From: Tubiluchus corallicola
Taxonomy: Eukaryota > Animalia > Priapulida
NCBI GenBank assembly: GCA_030141605.1
Contig: JAQGDQ010000312.1
Location: forward strand, 1-64,000
Length of the DNA stretch: 64,000 bases
Reading direction: 5' to 3'
The translations under genes and the position numbers were made by a program. This document shows positions 48,501 through 60,388 of this stretch, piece by piece. Within the stretch, counting starts at the first letter, position 1; the number at the start of each line of letters is the position of its first letter. The notes beneath the pieces were generated by a model. That model searched no databases. It was not told where the DNA came from and saw only the letters and a list, made by a program, of their open reading frames with translations.

Positions 48501-51500
48501 ATGTTGAATTGTTGTTATTGTTTGTTGTTGTTGTTGCAGCTATCGCTGTCTGCCACTGTCGTTGTTGTTATCATAAAGCGTACATTAGTTTCGAATAAAA
48601 CGTTAAAATGTCACCAACATTTCTAAAATCGAGATTGTTTTTAAACGAACTTACTTACTACGCCGTCATTGTTCAGAAAACCTTCAAAATTAGTTTGTGA
48701 CTGTTTCGCATCACCTTTTTCACAGGAGAAGCCAAACGAGAGAAAGAGTTTTACAGGAAACGGGGACTGCCGTACGTGCGATCACCGCCACCGATGTGCG
48801 GTCGGGAAGCACCTATAGATGATGATGCAGAACAACATAAAGATCATCATCGTTCTGATGAACAGGTTAGTTGGTGTAACATCCTGTGACTCTGTAATAA
48901 AACACGTTTGAAAATTATTTTTTTGCTTTTATAGATAAGTGCCAGGATTATTATTTCCATTTACAGAGCGAACATTGTATAGGACATTATAAAAAAAACA
49001 GTCTTTCAACAAACAACATTAACAAAATAGTAGTTTACCAAGGCGAGGTCTTCTCCAGTACTTGGGTAGGACCGGGCCTTCCTCACGCACGTTAGTAATG
49101 CAGCAGAATTCGGTCTCCAGTGGAGGCTAAGTTAGCGTCTCTCTCAGTCTAATTCGTAGGCAGCAGGTAGCCTTTTTCAGGAAGTCTCCACAGCTTTCCA
49201 TCAAACTGGCAGGACATAGAATAGGGTCTCCTGAGATCGGGTAATAAGAAGATCATCTCCTCCGAGTTCCCACGCAGAACGGGAGTGATTTAGACCATCA
49301 AACGTGAAGTCGCAGGTGACAGTATTTTCATCCAACGTAAAGGTATTTAGGCTGTGTAATGAATGCCTAATTTAGCAAATGTCACTCAGTAATTGTGTAA
49401 CTGACGAGGTTTCACCAGCAAAAGAAGAACATTGTTCACCAACGAATAAGAAGAACATAGTAATGAACAAACCATCCATTTCTTGTTCAGTCATCGTATG
49501 AAAGAAACCATGATATAGATATATCTGACCATTTTTCAACACGGTCACTCTACACTCTGCCACGTAGGCCAATACGCCTAATATCCAGGCCTCGAAAGCT
49601 AGCCGACCAATCAGAAATGAGTTCTGGGTGAAGTGACCTCAATAGTACAGTGACAAAGTGTACTACATTTAAACTCCAGAACATCAAATATGTTTAATAT
49701 GCAGCAATTGTTGTTTTATCTGTAATAATAAATTACAGCAATAAGTTTTCAATGAAAAACATAAGTTTGATTTAGGTACATTACTAAATTAGGTAACTTG
49801 ATTTTCGTCTATAATTATACAAAAAAATAACAGCGAAATTGTTCTAATAGCATAAAGCAGTTCAATAAACATAATTAGACAATTACATGTGGTCTCCCTG
49901 AGTTTTGGCACTTATAACTTGCAAAAAAAACAATAGAAATCAACTTCAACATTCACATCGTATCAATTGAATTGCATGTCTACTTGGCCAACTACCTGGT
50001 CACATGACTGATGACAGTTAAAGGGGCAAGACCAAATTTAACAGGTAGGGAAACGTGTATGTGCATAACACCGCCCCCATACATGTCTCCACCAGCATTT
50101 ATCACCTCACTAAAAAAACAATCACACGTTCATCATTTGACCTTCAATGAAACAGAACTTGTGTATAGGGCGTTTAAGAAACCCTTCTTTGGTTTTCAAG
50201 GTGACACTCCTCACCAGACCATCCTTACTGACGTGGGTTTTCACAACACGTCCAAGCAGCCAATAATTTCTTGGAGTTGTATCCATAATTAGAACGATGT
50301 CGTCCTCCTTGAGATTCTGTTTTTCTTTGTGCCATTTCGAACGTTGCGGAGCATTGGCAAATACTCTAATTTCCAGCGATTCCAAAATACATTAGAAAGA
50401 TATTGAATCTGTCGCCACTTTTTCTATAAACATCTCCCTCAGAAAACTGACCCAGTGGAAGTATTGGAGGAGCATTTCTGCCCATCAGAAGGAAGTGGTT
50501 AGGTGTTAAAGAATCATAATCCTTCGGATCATCAGATGCTGTGGTCAGAGGCGTAGTGTTGACGATGTTCTCGACAATACAGAATAAGGTGCTCAAACCC
50601 TCATCATCAAGTACCTGCTCTTGAGCCACTGAGTGCAGAACTTTTTTAATGCTTTTAATTAGCACTTCCCAAGCTCCTCCCATATGAGATGCCCGAGGAG
50701 GACAAAAGTCCCAATCAATATGTTTCTGAAGTAAGTTTTCCGTGACAACATTGGTGTTCCAAGATTCTACAGACTTTTGGAGCTCTTTGTCTGCTCCCAG
50801 AAAATTACTTCCACAATCAGACATTAGTTTGTCAGGTTTACCTCTTGTGGAGCAAAACCTATCTAGTGCTTTTATGAACGAATCAGTTGTCATCGTGAAC
50901 AAAACTTCAAGATGGATGCTTCTGCTGGCCATACATGTAAAAAGGATGCTGTAACGTTTTGCTTCTGAGCGACCCTGTTTTACCATAATTGGATCAAAGC
51001 AATCAGTATCCACAGTAGCAAACACTCCAGAGCTTTGCAATCTGTCTATAGGCAAGTCAGCCACTTTTTGGTGCAGTGGCATTGCCCTATTCAATCTACA
51101 TTGTCTGCACTCAGCTAAAAGCTTGCGTACCATACCATGCATTCCAACAATCCAAAACTTCTGGGGGATCAAAGACATTACATGCTGTTTGCCGACATGT
51201 ACATGCGTAGTGTGGAAATCTTGAGTGACAATTTATGTCCCTTTGGTAGAACAATTGGATGCCTAGCATTATAGTTGACATCAGCATGCCTTATTCGGCC
51301 ACCTACATGAATAAGTTGCTTTTCACATAAGAATGGATCTAGTTTCACCAAACAACTGACTTAATAACATTCTGACTAGTACTTAAGTTTTTATATTCTT
51401 TCGGCAAACTCTCTTTCTGCACATACTTGATTATTTCTTCTTCTGCATAGTCGAGTTCTGCAACAGTCAGTTTATTTGGAAAACTCAAAGTCTTTTTGGC

Positions 51501-54500
51501 AACTTTGTTCTTTAATACTGTTTTGAACCGAAGAAACCATGCAACACTTTTCTTCAACTTGTAGAATGAAGAATAACGATCCATCAAATCATTTATGATA
51601 ATACGCTGTCGCTGTGTGTCATCCATTGTCGTCGCTGTTACGGTATTAACAACTGGAGAGTGCTTCACTTCTTTGTCACCTTGTAATAAATCATTCTTTG
51701 TATTGTCATGTCAATTCGAGGCCAATCATCTTCTGGTAGCATCAGGAATCTAAGTCCGAATTTCCAGCGTTTCGACTCTGACAGTGTATAACCATTTAAT
51801 CCTCGAGATAGGTCGTCAGCTGCATTTTCCTCAGAAGGGACATATCTCCACTGCTCTGGTGATGAGACCTCTAGAATGCTTGTGACCCTGTTCTGCACGA
51901 AGGTATGAAAGCGCTTGACAATATTTCGTATGTAGTGCAGGATAACAAGACTATCCGTCCAAAATATTGACCTGTCAATGTGGATGGTAAGCTCTTTCCG
52001 TAGCACCTTTTCAAGTTTAGCTGCAAGAGCTGCTGCACATAACGCAAGATGAGGAATAGTCAGTCCTTTCATTGGAGTTAGCCTTGATTTCGCAATGACA
52101 AAGACAGTGTGGATAACGTTGAGCTCATTCTGCTGACGAATGAATACTACCACACCATAAGCACTTTCAGAAGCATCACAAAAATAATGAAGCTCTGTGG
52201 ATATTACCTTACCAAACTCACAAGGCATGAATGATCTCTCAATCTTGAAATCTGTTAGCAGGGTGCTTTCTTCTTTCCATTGTTTCCATTTCTTCCCAAT
52301 GGCACCGTTCAACTTGCTGTCCCACGTTTTGTCTGGTAAACGACATTCTTCTTGAAAAAGTTTCTTTCTTTGTAGAACAAATGGGCCACACATTCCAAGG
52401 GGATCATAGATACTGGAAAGCGAACTAAGCAATCCACGCTTTGTATTGGGATGCTCCTTTTGTTTTACATGGACTCCTAGCGTATCAGCCTTCATCTGCC
52501 AACTTATCCCCAAGGCACGCTCATTCGGCAGTGTGTCATGTGACAAGTTTAGATCTTTAACACCTTTTCCCCTATCTTCAATTGGGATAGTGTCGAGAAC
52601 ACGTTTATCATTTGACATCCATTTCGTAAAGCAAAATCCAACCTTCTGCAAAAGCAGCTTTAGCTGAGTAATTAGCTTCAATGCTTGCTGCACATTCTCG
52701 ACTGGCTTTAGGCAGTCATCCACATAAAAATTGTAAAGCACAGTTGCTACCATTTCTTTATCAAAGCTATTGGTAGTCCAATGCAGTGCGTTTCAAGGCA
52801 AATGAAGCTCCACTGGGGGACCAAACCCCTCCAAAAAAATGCACGGTCATTCTAAGTATCTGAAGAGGCTGGTCAATTCGTCATTCAGGCCACCAAATGA
52901 ACCTCAGCATGTCTCTATGCTTGGGCGAAACAAACACTTGGTGATACATCTCACTTATATCTGTTAACACGGCAACTGGATACTGCCTAAATCGTAAGAG
53001 GACACCAACCAAATTATTCGTAAGGTCTGGACCTTGCAAAGCCAATTTGTTCAATGAGATATCTTCACACTCTGCACCACAATCAAAAACAATACGCGTT
53101 TTATCTGGTTTATTTTCGTTAAAGACTGGGAAGTGAGGAAGATACCAAGTCAGATGTGTAGGAGTACTTGCTGATTGTTCTTCCACTAGCTCTGCATGAC
53201 CCTTGTTTAGCAAATAGTTGATTCCGTCAGTGTACTTTTGATGAAGAATGGGATTCTTGGTGAATTTTCTTCTGAGCCCATTGAGCCATTTTGCTGCCCT
53301 CTGAAAGCTGTCAGGAATTACATGACGTTTGCCTTTAAATGGTATTTCTAACTCATAGTGGCCGTCTCTTCTGGTTATTGAGCTTTCCCAAATATCGATG
53401 ACCACCATCTCTTCTCTAGAATACTATTCTCCAGAATCCAAAACAGAATCTATTTTCCAAAATCTCTCGACTTGCTGCTGCAAGACATCTGTTTTGGCTT
53501 CAGAAGACTCTTTGACCAGAACATAATTATTTACTGACACGTTGTGTACTTTGCCGCCCGCTATAGGCCCATTCAACGTCCATCCCAGCTTCGTCTTAAC
53601 AGCATAAGGAGCGTTTACGGGACCATGTCTAACTTGCAGAGGGGCCAAAGCATCAGGTACGTCAAGACCGATTAGTAAGCTTAGGTCTTCATCGTCTCCA
53701 TGATACTCAACTAAAGATGGCGCTATCTCTTTCAAGTGCGGCCATTTTTGAACATCTGCGAGTGATGCCAAGCATTCTGTATCTAGCATCAGTGACTGTC
53801 GAACAAAAACATGAGGCAACAAGATTCTGTTTTCACCAATGTTGTCCGTGACAACGAAACTTGTAACTAAAGTGTCTGCTTTACTTTGGCATTTCTCGAT
53901 TGTGGTTAGGGTAAGAACATCCTCTTTTCCTTCAGCACCTATGCTGTCAAACAGCTTCCTGGAACAAAATGTGTTTGTAGATCCAGGATCTAACAGAGCC
54001 ATGGCTTCAACTGGCTTTCTTCCATGTACATGTACTTGAACTTTGACCATAGGAAATGCTATCTTCGTTTCTTTACGACTGCCCTTATTTGCACAGCTTG
54101 TAGCTTCAGTCTCGTCTTTTCTTTGCTGCTCATCCCTGGCAAGCCTATTAACAACTGAAGAAGAACTGCCCAGCCTCCCCACTGCATCATGCAATAAAGC
54201 TGAATGCTTCTTGTTGCATTCATTACCACTACCTGACGGTTTGAGACATCTAGATGCTGTATGTTTTCCTTTCGCCAAACAATTAAAACAGAGGCATTCT
54301 TTACGCACGAACATCAACTTATCTGGGGTGTCCATAGCTGCAAAAGCTTCACACTGTCCAAGAGAAGAATGCTTATTTGAGTTGCAAAATATGAAAACTT
54401 TCTTGCAAAATTGGGCGCTTTTGGTTTGAGGCTTTTCTTGATTTGTTTTCGCCTTGCCATTGTTTGCTTGAACTTGAGGTGCTTTAGCAGAGGTGGCATA

Positions 54501-57500
54501 ATTTTTGGCAGAGATGCTTCGTTTAGGTCTTTCCCAATCGCCGAGGCTACAATACACAGGGTGGTTCATTTTTTCAGCATTTTCCTGAATGAATGTTAGC
54601 AAATCATAAATACATGGGTTTCTAATTTCATGTTTTGCTATCCTGGACACCACGTCCTTCATTTATGGCAGTTTTTTAACAATCTGAACGAGACTTGTCT
54701 GTGTATTAATTTCGCTGAGATTTTTCATTGCTTTCAATGTCTCGACACAGCTTAAAAGCAAGTCTGCAAATTCTCGCAGCTTCTCTTTGGCATTGGCCTT
54801 GATTTGGTCAAAATCGATTATTTTTGATATCCAAGCCATAAACGAAGAGCCGAACCTGTCGATGAGTAACTACTTTGCATGCTTGTATGCTCGACTGGGG
54901 TCCATGTAGCTTCCAGTGCAAAATTGCATTAATCTCTGAAACCTCGCAGCCTCATCTTGTGTGTAGCTCTCGACATTGGCTTCAAAACGTCGCATGAATT
55001 GCCAAAAGTTTAGAACGTTACCATCAAATTTGTCCAACTCCGCTATTGGAAGTTGCATTGCTTTGTACATGTTGGTATGTTGACGTTGTGCTTCAAGCAT
55101 GATGTTCATGATCATAGCCATGTCATTGTTCTGTGGATGGCATTGATTAGGCATGTCGTTTAAATTATCAGTACAAATGGTAGGTTGAGTAGAATTAAAA
55201 GCATACCTATTCTCACGCGGTATATTACTGCCATGTGCTAGTGGAATAAAAGCAGACGCTGATGCATTCAGACACTGATTTCCAGAGCTTGGATACTGCA
55301 TAGGCAAACGAATATTTTTGTCTTCCAGCAGTTGCCTAACGTCAGTATCAAAGATCTATATCCACTTGTTCATTATGTCGAATTCATAACCTTTCTTGCC
55401 AAAAGGTGGCGCCACATGAGCTGTGTGCGAATCGTGTTCAATATAGTGCCATGGTTTATGTCGACCTAAAAAACGAGCAATTTTTACATTTTTCCCAAAT
55501 TGCATTAAAGCTGGTAAATATCTGTACCGACCCAGAATGACAGCATTATAAGTGAATGGCAAATGTTTTTCATAACTAGTTGACCAGTCTTTAAAAAACT
55601 GATTCAATAATCCTTGGTCCCCACCATCAAAAGTACAGGATTCTGATTTAGCATACAACATTACCTTATTATACATATCAATACTTGGCTTGTAAACAAA
55701 CACCCCAGAGTTAAAGCAATCTGGCCAGCCTACACCAGGGGCAACTCAAAGCTCTTTAAATCTAAACATTTCATCAACATTACAATTGTATCAGAATCTA
55801 CAAAAACACATTTGCTAAATTGTGTTAACCTCCAACAATGTCGCTTAGTAAAACTCACATTAAGTTCTGGTCTTCCTAACAATTGTAACCTTTTAAACTC
55901 ATGACTATCAATAATACTGACATGTTCAACCAAATTAAATGCATTTCTCAAAAGTGTCATAATATCACAAGAAATACCCTCTCTTACCATGATGACTAAG
56001 CATTTCATTGTTCCTGTGCGATGCAAACTAGAAGCAAGAACAAGTGCACCCAAAGCATACTTATCAGTAGTTGCTAGAGTAACAAAGGCTTCAGACAAAT
56101 AATTCTCATCGCTTTCGCATGTAGGTTGTGTATGTTTAACTGTCGGATCCATGTATGTTGACCTTGACCTTAGCCATGCTTTGACCTTTGAGTCTGATGT
56201 TCCATGGTCCACTAACCTGGTCTCAACATCAGCTGCAGAACCAAAGCTGTCTTCATCACGTTCATCTTCAGAACTACACTCATTCTGCATGAGTTCATGT
56301 CTACCTGGTCACATGACTGATGATTGACTAAGTCTGGTTAATTTGACTGACTTGAGTGTGGCTAATATTTTCGACTGCCAATCTTTTTTAATGTTTTCAA
56401 CTGAGTGAGTCTGGCTGTTATTTTTGACTAACTATGATCTGTATTGTTTTTCTCCAGGTAAACATCTGCTTGGAATGTATGAGGGACACAAAGATAAAGG
56501 TGCTGAAGAAACGATTCATTAGGTGCTCGTCTCAGGCGACTGTCACGCATTTAAAAAAGTTCATCGCGAAAAAGTTGTACAATAATCTTGATCGATACCA
56601 GGAGGTACGTGACTAACCAGCTACGTTTCTGTTTCGCTACTTTTTAATCCGTTGAGTTTGGAAGTAAGATGCTTTGCAGTGAATGTACAGAATAAGTGAG
56701 AATTAGCCTGGGTTCTGTGAGAAACGAGACGAGAAATTATGCTTCTCACGAGAATCAAGTTGAGGGGAGAATGTGATTTTGATCTTAACGAAGTAATTAA
56801 ATTTCAAATAAAGTTTAGTTTTTTATTTGTGTAAACAAAGTCGTCACAACGTTTGTACTCCGAATGACAGGGAATATTTATCAGTATCACAAATGGCAAC
56901 AAAATTAGTATTTAACTAGCAAAGGCCCCGCAAAAGATTTTGCGTATAAATACACGTGTAATAAATAATACGCAAACATCCTACATAGTCCTCATTTATA
57001 ACGCAAAGCCAGCAGCAGCAGCTTTTACTGAATTAAAGGTATAAGGCTATAGACAAAGTACAATGGATGACGTCACAACAATGGCTTTGCGTCAGCAGTT
57101 TTCTAAGCGAAAATTGCCAAAAATAGAACATCTATTTAACTCGTCGGTACTCCTCTTGGTGGACGGGAAAACGGCCGTTACGGGATGCCGTGGCCCTCTC
57201 GCGAATTCTAAATATGCCTACTACACCCTATCTATCCATAGCCAGCACCGCCTGTGGCCCGTTCCCGTTCTTCAGATCTCAGGCGTATAACTTTTGCAAA
57301 AAAACGGCCGAAAAATGGCCATTTTTGGAGGTTTTTCGCCTCACGTTCCTCCCGGTGGGCCCGATTCGAAAAATAAACCCCCAATGGCATGACACTAGAT
57401 CGATGTATAGATTGCCGCAAATGGTGCCGTCGTCGAAGCTGTAGCCTCGAATTTTATATATATATAACATACCAAGAGAATTAATATAAGAGATCCGATG

Positions 57501-59623
57501 GCTTGATGGTTAGCATAACTCAATTGAGTAAGAAAAGAGAAACTTTACGAAACAAGAACTTTCGCTGCTGCGACTATTTCTCGCTTCCCTACCAAGCATT
57601 TTTTCTACACATGAGACGAGATCAGAAAAAAATCATTCCTCGCACGACGTGAAATGAAATGAAATCTATTTATTAAATGGAAATTCTTGCAACAGTAATT
57701 TGTTACTGGTAAGGCATTGATTTTGTTAGGTTGCTTGTCGACACTACCTAGGTTTTAACAAAGTAATGTAAACCATAGATCTAAACTGCAAACCACAGTT
57801 GCACTTTACTGTAATGTAAAGTCTGCTTTCAAAAGAATTTGCTAATTAATACTGTTGCTTCTCTAGGTTGATCTACTGTGCAATGAGGAGTTGTTAGGCA
57901 AGGATCACACACTTAAATTTTTGTTCGTTACTAGATGGCGCTTAAAGGTGAGAATCTTTTATTTTGTTGTTTGATTCTAACAGTTTCTGTGCAGTTACGA
58001 TTCTATACTCATTGCAATGACTCGTCGCACACGTGTGAGCAGTGACTCATTGCACACGTGTGAGCAGTGACTCATTGCGCACGTGTGAGCAGTGACTCAG
58101 TGCGCACGTGTGAGCAGTGACTCATTGCGCACGTGTGAGCAGTGACTCAGTGCGCACGTGTGAGCAGTGACTCAGTGCGCACGTGTGAGCAGTGACTCAG
58201 TGTGCACATGTCAGCCTTGACTCAATGCGCACGTGTGAGCAGTGACTCATTGCGCACGTGTGAGCAGTGACTCAGTGCGCACGTGTGAGCAGTGACTCAT
58301 TGCGCACGTGTGAGCAGTGACTCATTGCGCACGTGTGAGCAGTGACTCAGTGCGTACGTGTGAGCAGTGACTCAGTGCGCACATGTGAGCAGTGACTCAG
58401 TGTGCACGTGTCAGCCTTGACTCAATGCGCATGTGTGAGCAGTGACTCATTGCGCACGTGTGAGCAGTGACTCAGTGCGCACGTGTGAGCAGTGACTCAT
58501 TGCGCACGTGTGAGCAGTGACTCATTGCGCACGTGTGAGCAGTGACTCATTGCGCACGTGTGAGCAGTGACTCAGTGCGCACGTGTGAGCAGTGACTCAG
58601 TGTGCACGTGTGAGCCGTGACTCATTGCACATGTGTGAGCAATGACTTATTGCTCAGGTATGACTCATTGCACACGTGTGAGCAGTGACTCATTGCACAG
58701 GTGTGAGCCGTGACTCACTGCGTAGTGTGAGCAATGACTCATTGCTGTCATAAGTTGTGTTTATGTTCCTGAAAATGGTGGTTTTGATATTGATTAACAT
58801 TGTCTTTGGGCACATCCATTATATGGCTTTTACTATAATACCGATAATCACGTGTGGCAATCATCGAACATTGAAGTCTGAGCATTTGAATTCAATTCAA
58901 TTAAAATTATTAGCACTTCCCTTAATAATATACCACTGCAATTACATACAATCGTTGTCATCAAAGCCTTTGAAACGCCGTGCAATCAGTACACTTTAAC
59001 TGTGATTTCTGTGCACAATTTTTAAACAAATTTTTTTATTGAAGGACAAAATCAAGCAATATGCATGATCTTTGTGAGATCTCTTTTATCTATGATTCGA
59101 AAATTTATTCATCCATCTTATTTTTTTATTTACCATTTATTTGTTTATCATTTAAACATTTGAAACGCTTTGCATTCAGCACGATTTGTGTGCACAGCTT
59201 TTAAACAAATTTTTTATTGAACAACAAAATCAAGCAATGTGCATCATCTTTGTTGTGAGACTATTTTTTATTAGTGATTCGAAAACTTATTCAGAAATCT
59301 TTAAAACTGATTTCGAATTCGATTTGAAATTCAAAATCTCGAAATTCGGTTTGATTTCAGTTCGAAAGTCAAAAATTCGATTTGACTGGAATTTTGTTTC
59401 TAGTAGAGAATGCTCACCCCTAAGAATCATGTGTTCTCTTAGCCATTGTTTCTCTTACCCATTGTTTTTCTTAGCCATTGTGTCTCTTAGCCATTGTTTT
59501 TCTTAGCCATTGTTTCTCTTAGCCATTGTTTTTCTTAGCCATTGTTTTAAATAATAATGATGGTTTGATCCATTCCAGGATCCCCCGCTCATTCTTAAAT
59601 ATAGACCCAAAGTAAAAATATGA
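45536..59623 (+). CDS. PCGF3: Polycomb group RING finger protein 3 (PCGF3/5 type; 7 coding exons, 225 aa)
   Basis: Exons 45536-45647, 46291-46387, 47931-47986, 48726-48865, 56458-56604, 57867-57947, 59579-59623 (678 nt, GT-AG, phases consistent). RING domain [62 protein letters not shown]; then [13 protein letters not shown]; RAWUL domain [47 protein letters not shown]. Confidence 0.95.
46778..47413. mobile_element. Tigger/pogo-like (Tc1/mariner) MITE
   Basis: TA|CAGTGTTCCCTCACTTATCGCGG ... CCGCGAAGTAGTGAGGGAACACTG|TA, i.e. TIRs with a TA TSD. Confidence 0.88.
48050..48360. repeat. 103-bp tandem repeat, 3 copies
   Basis: TTTGT(A/G)CCATTAGATCTA...CATCGGTTTTTCCTAGTCGGTGAGATAAATAAC recurs at 48050, 48153 and 48256. 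Confidence 0.92.
48412..48572. repeat. (ATT)n/(GTT)n trinucleotide microsatellite
   Basis: Directly visible; it explains the poly-L and poly-I ORFs. Confidence 0.9.
50122..53408 (-). pseudogene. BEL/Pao pol remnants (RT, RNase H, integrase)
   Basis: ORF pieces 52881-53408 (RT N-part), 51665-52753 (YVDD plus RNase H), 51345-51668, 50366-51178 (integrase core) and 50122-50385 (C-terminal domain). Confidence 0.93.
53424..55325 (-). pseudogene. BEL/Pao gag (capsid-like plus zinc knuckles) and aspartic protease remnants
   Basis: ORFs 54870-55307 and 53424-54662 share one frame, broken by stops. Motifs [60 protein letters not shown]. Confidence 0.92.
55326..56095 (-). pseudogene. Intronless glycogenin (GT8 glucosyltransferase) catalytic domain embedded in retrotransposon gag
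   Basis: [23 protein letters not shown]...[29 protein letters not shown]..(frameshift)..[29 protein letters not shown]...[16 protein letters not shown]...KHLPFTYN...[22 protein letters not shown]...[13 protein letters not shown]. Colinear with animal glycogenin residues ~3-260. Confidence 0.93.
56916..57493 (-). mobile_element. Non-autonomous Helitron
   Basis: Minus strand starts A|TCTCTTATATTAA and ends with the hairpin CGCAAAA-TC-TTTTGCG (56929-56944) 9 nt before CTAG|T. Inserted between A and T, with no TSD. Confidence 0.7.
58015..58745. repeat. 25-bp minisatellite (GTGACTCA(T/G)TGCGCACGTGTGAGCA), ~29 copies, in PCGF3 intron 6
   Basis: Directly visible. Confidence 0.95.
59433..59548. repeat. 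Short 16-17-bp tandem repeat (CTTAGCCATTGTTT..)
   Basis: About 7 copies just upstream of the last PCGF3 acceptor. Confidence 0.85.
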
Positions 59624-60388
59624 AAGTGCATCAACGACGGTGAAGTTTCGACAATTCAAAGTCACGTTTTTTGCTGCAACAATGTTACAAATGCAATAGT
59701 ACGAGGAAAACGCTACTTCTTTCATCTGTTTAGATTAATTATGTTCCGAATATTTATTGTTTTTTATAATTATCGATTTGCTTTTTTCGAATTAAACAAC
59801 CAGAAATGTATCTCTGCTAGAAATCCAGTAAATGTACTTAGATTAGATTAGATTTATTTATTTCAAAAAGGACTAGTAAATTGGAGTCTGAAAATTTTTT
59901 GCATTTCAACTGGGAGTTGAACCCAGGCCTCTCCTTTACGGGTGGCTGTGCGAAAAGTAATTTAAATGGCTACTTATCTTTTTTGAAAGCAACTTATTTA
60001 GTGAAACTACACTAGATTGATCGAATTGTGTTAAGAGTAGCTGTTCTCGTGTGTTACAAATGGTGGTAAAAATAGTATTAGTACTTTTCTCAAATTATTC
60101 TGTCTTCAAGTTTTGTTAGCTTCCTTTACATTTGCTACTAATTACTTTTTTGTCTGCACAATAAAATTATTTATTCAAAAATTTTTGACTGTCATTATAA
60201 ATTGTGTTTTATAAAATGCGAACTGTAAATCAGCATAATATTATGGGCATTAAGTAATGGTTGATCCCCCGGATGGAATAAATAGATTCAAACCTCTTTT
60301 ATAACGTCCATTTTGTGACAGGAAAAAAGTTGGAGTTTTAGCAAGTTTTGCATTATAACGAGGTGTGTTAAATTTTGCCATAGACGAG

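Larger units (their letters stand above)
50015..56300 (-). mobile_element. Degenerate BEL/Pao LTR retrotransposon in PCGF3 intron 4, carrying a glycogenin domain
   Basis: Domain order gag ([19 protein letters not shown]1759-like), three CCHC-type knuckles, protease (ALLDPGS), RT ([35 protein letters not shown]), RNase H ([29 protein letters not shown]), integrase (CRQC, D..D..SDCGSNF, HMGGAWE, LTPNHFL), DUF5641-like tail. A PPT GGGGGCGG is followed by TGT at 50070. Many stops and frameshifts. Confidence 0.95.

Noticed and set aside
48375-48626. Poly-Leu/poly-Ile membrane-like ORFs; likewise the poly-ER ORF at 43186-43455
   Set aside because: Microsatellite translations.
55356-56290. Host glycogenin gene
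   Set aside because: Intronless, frameshifted, has two stops, lacks the C-terminal glycogen-synthase-binding region, and is continuous with retrotransposon gag.
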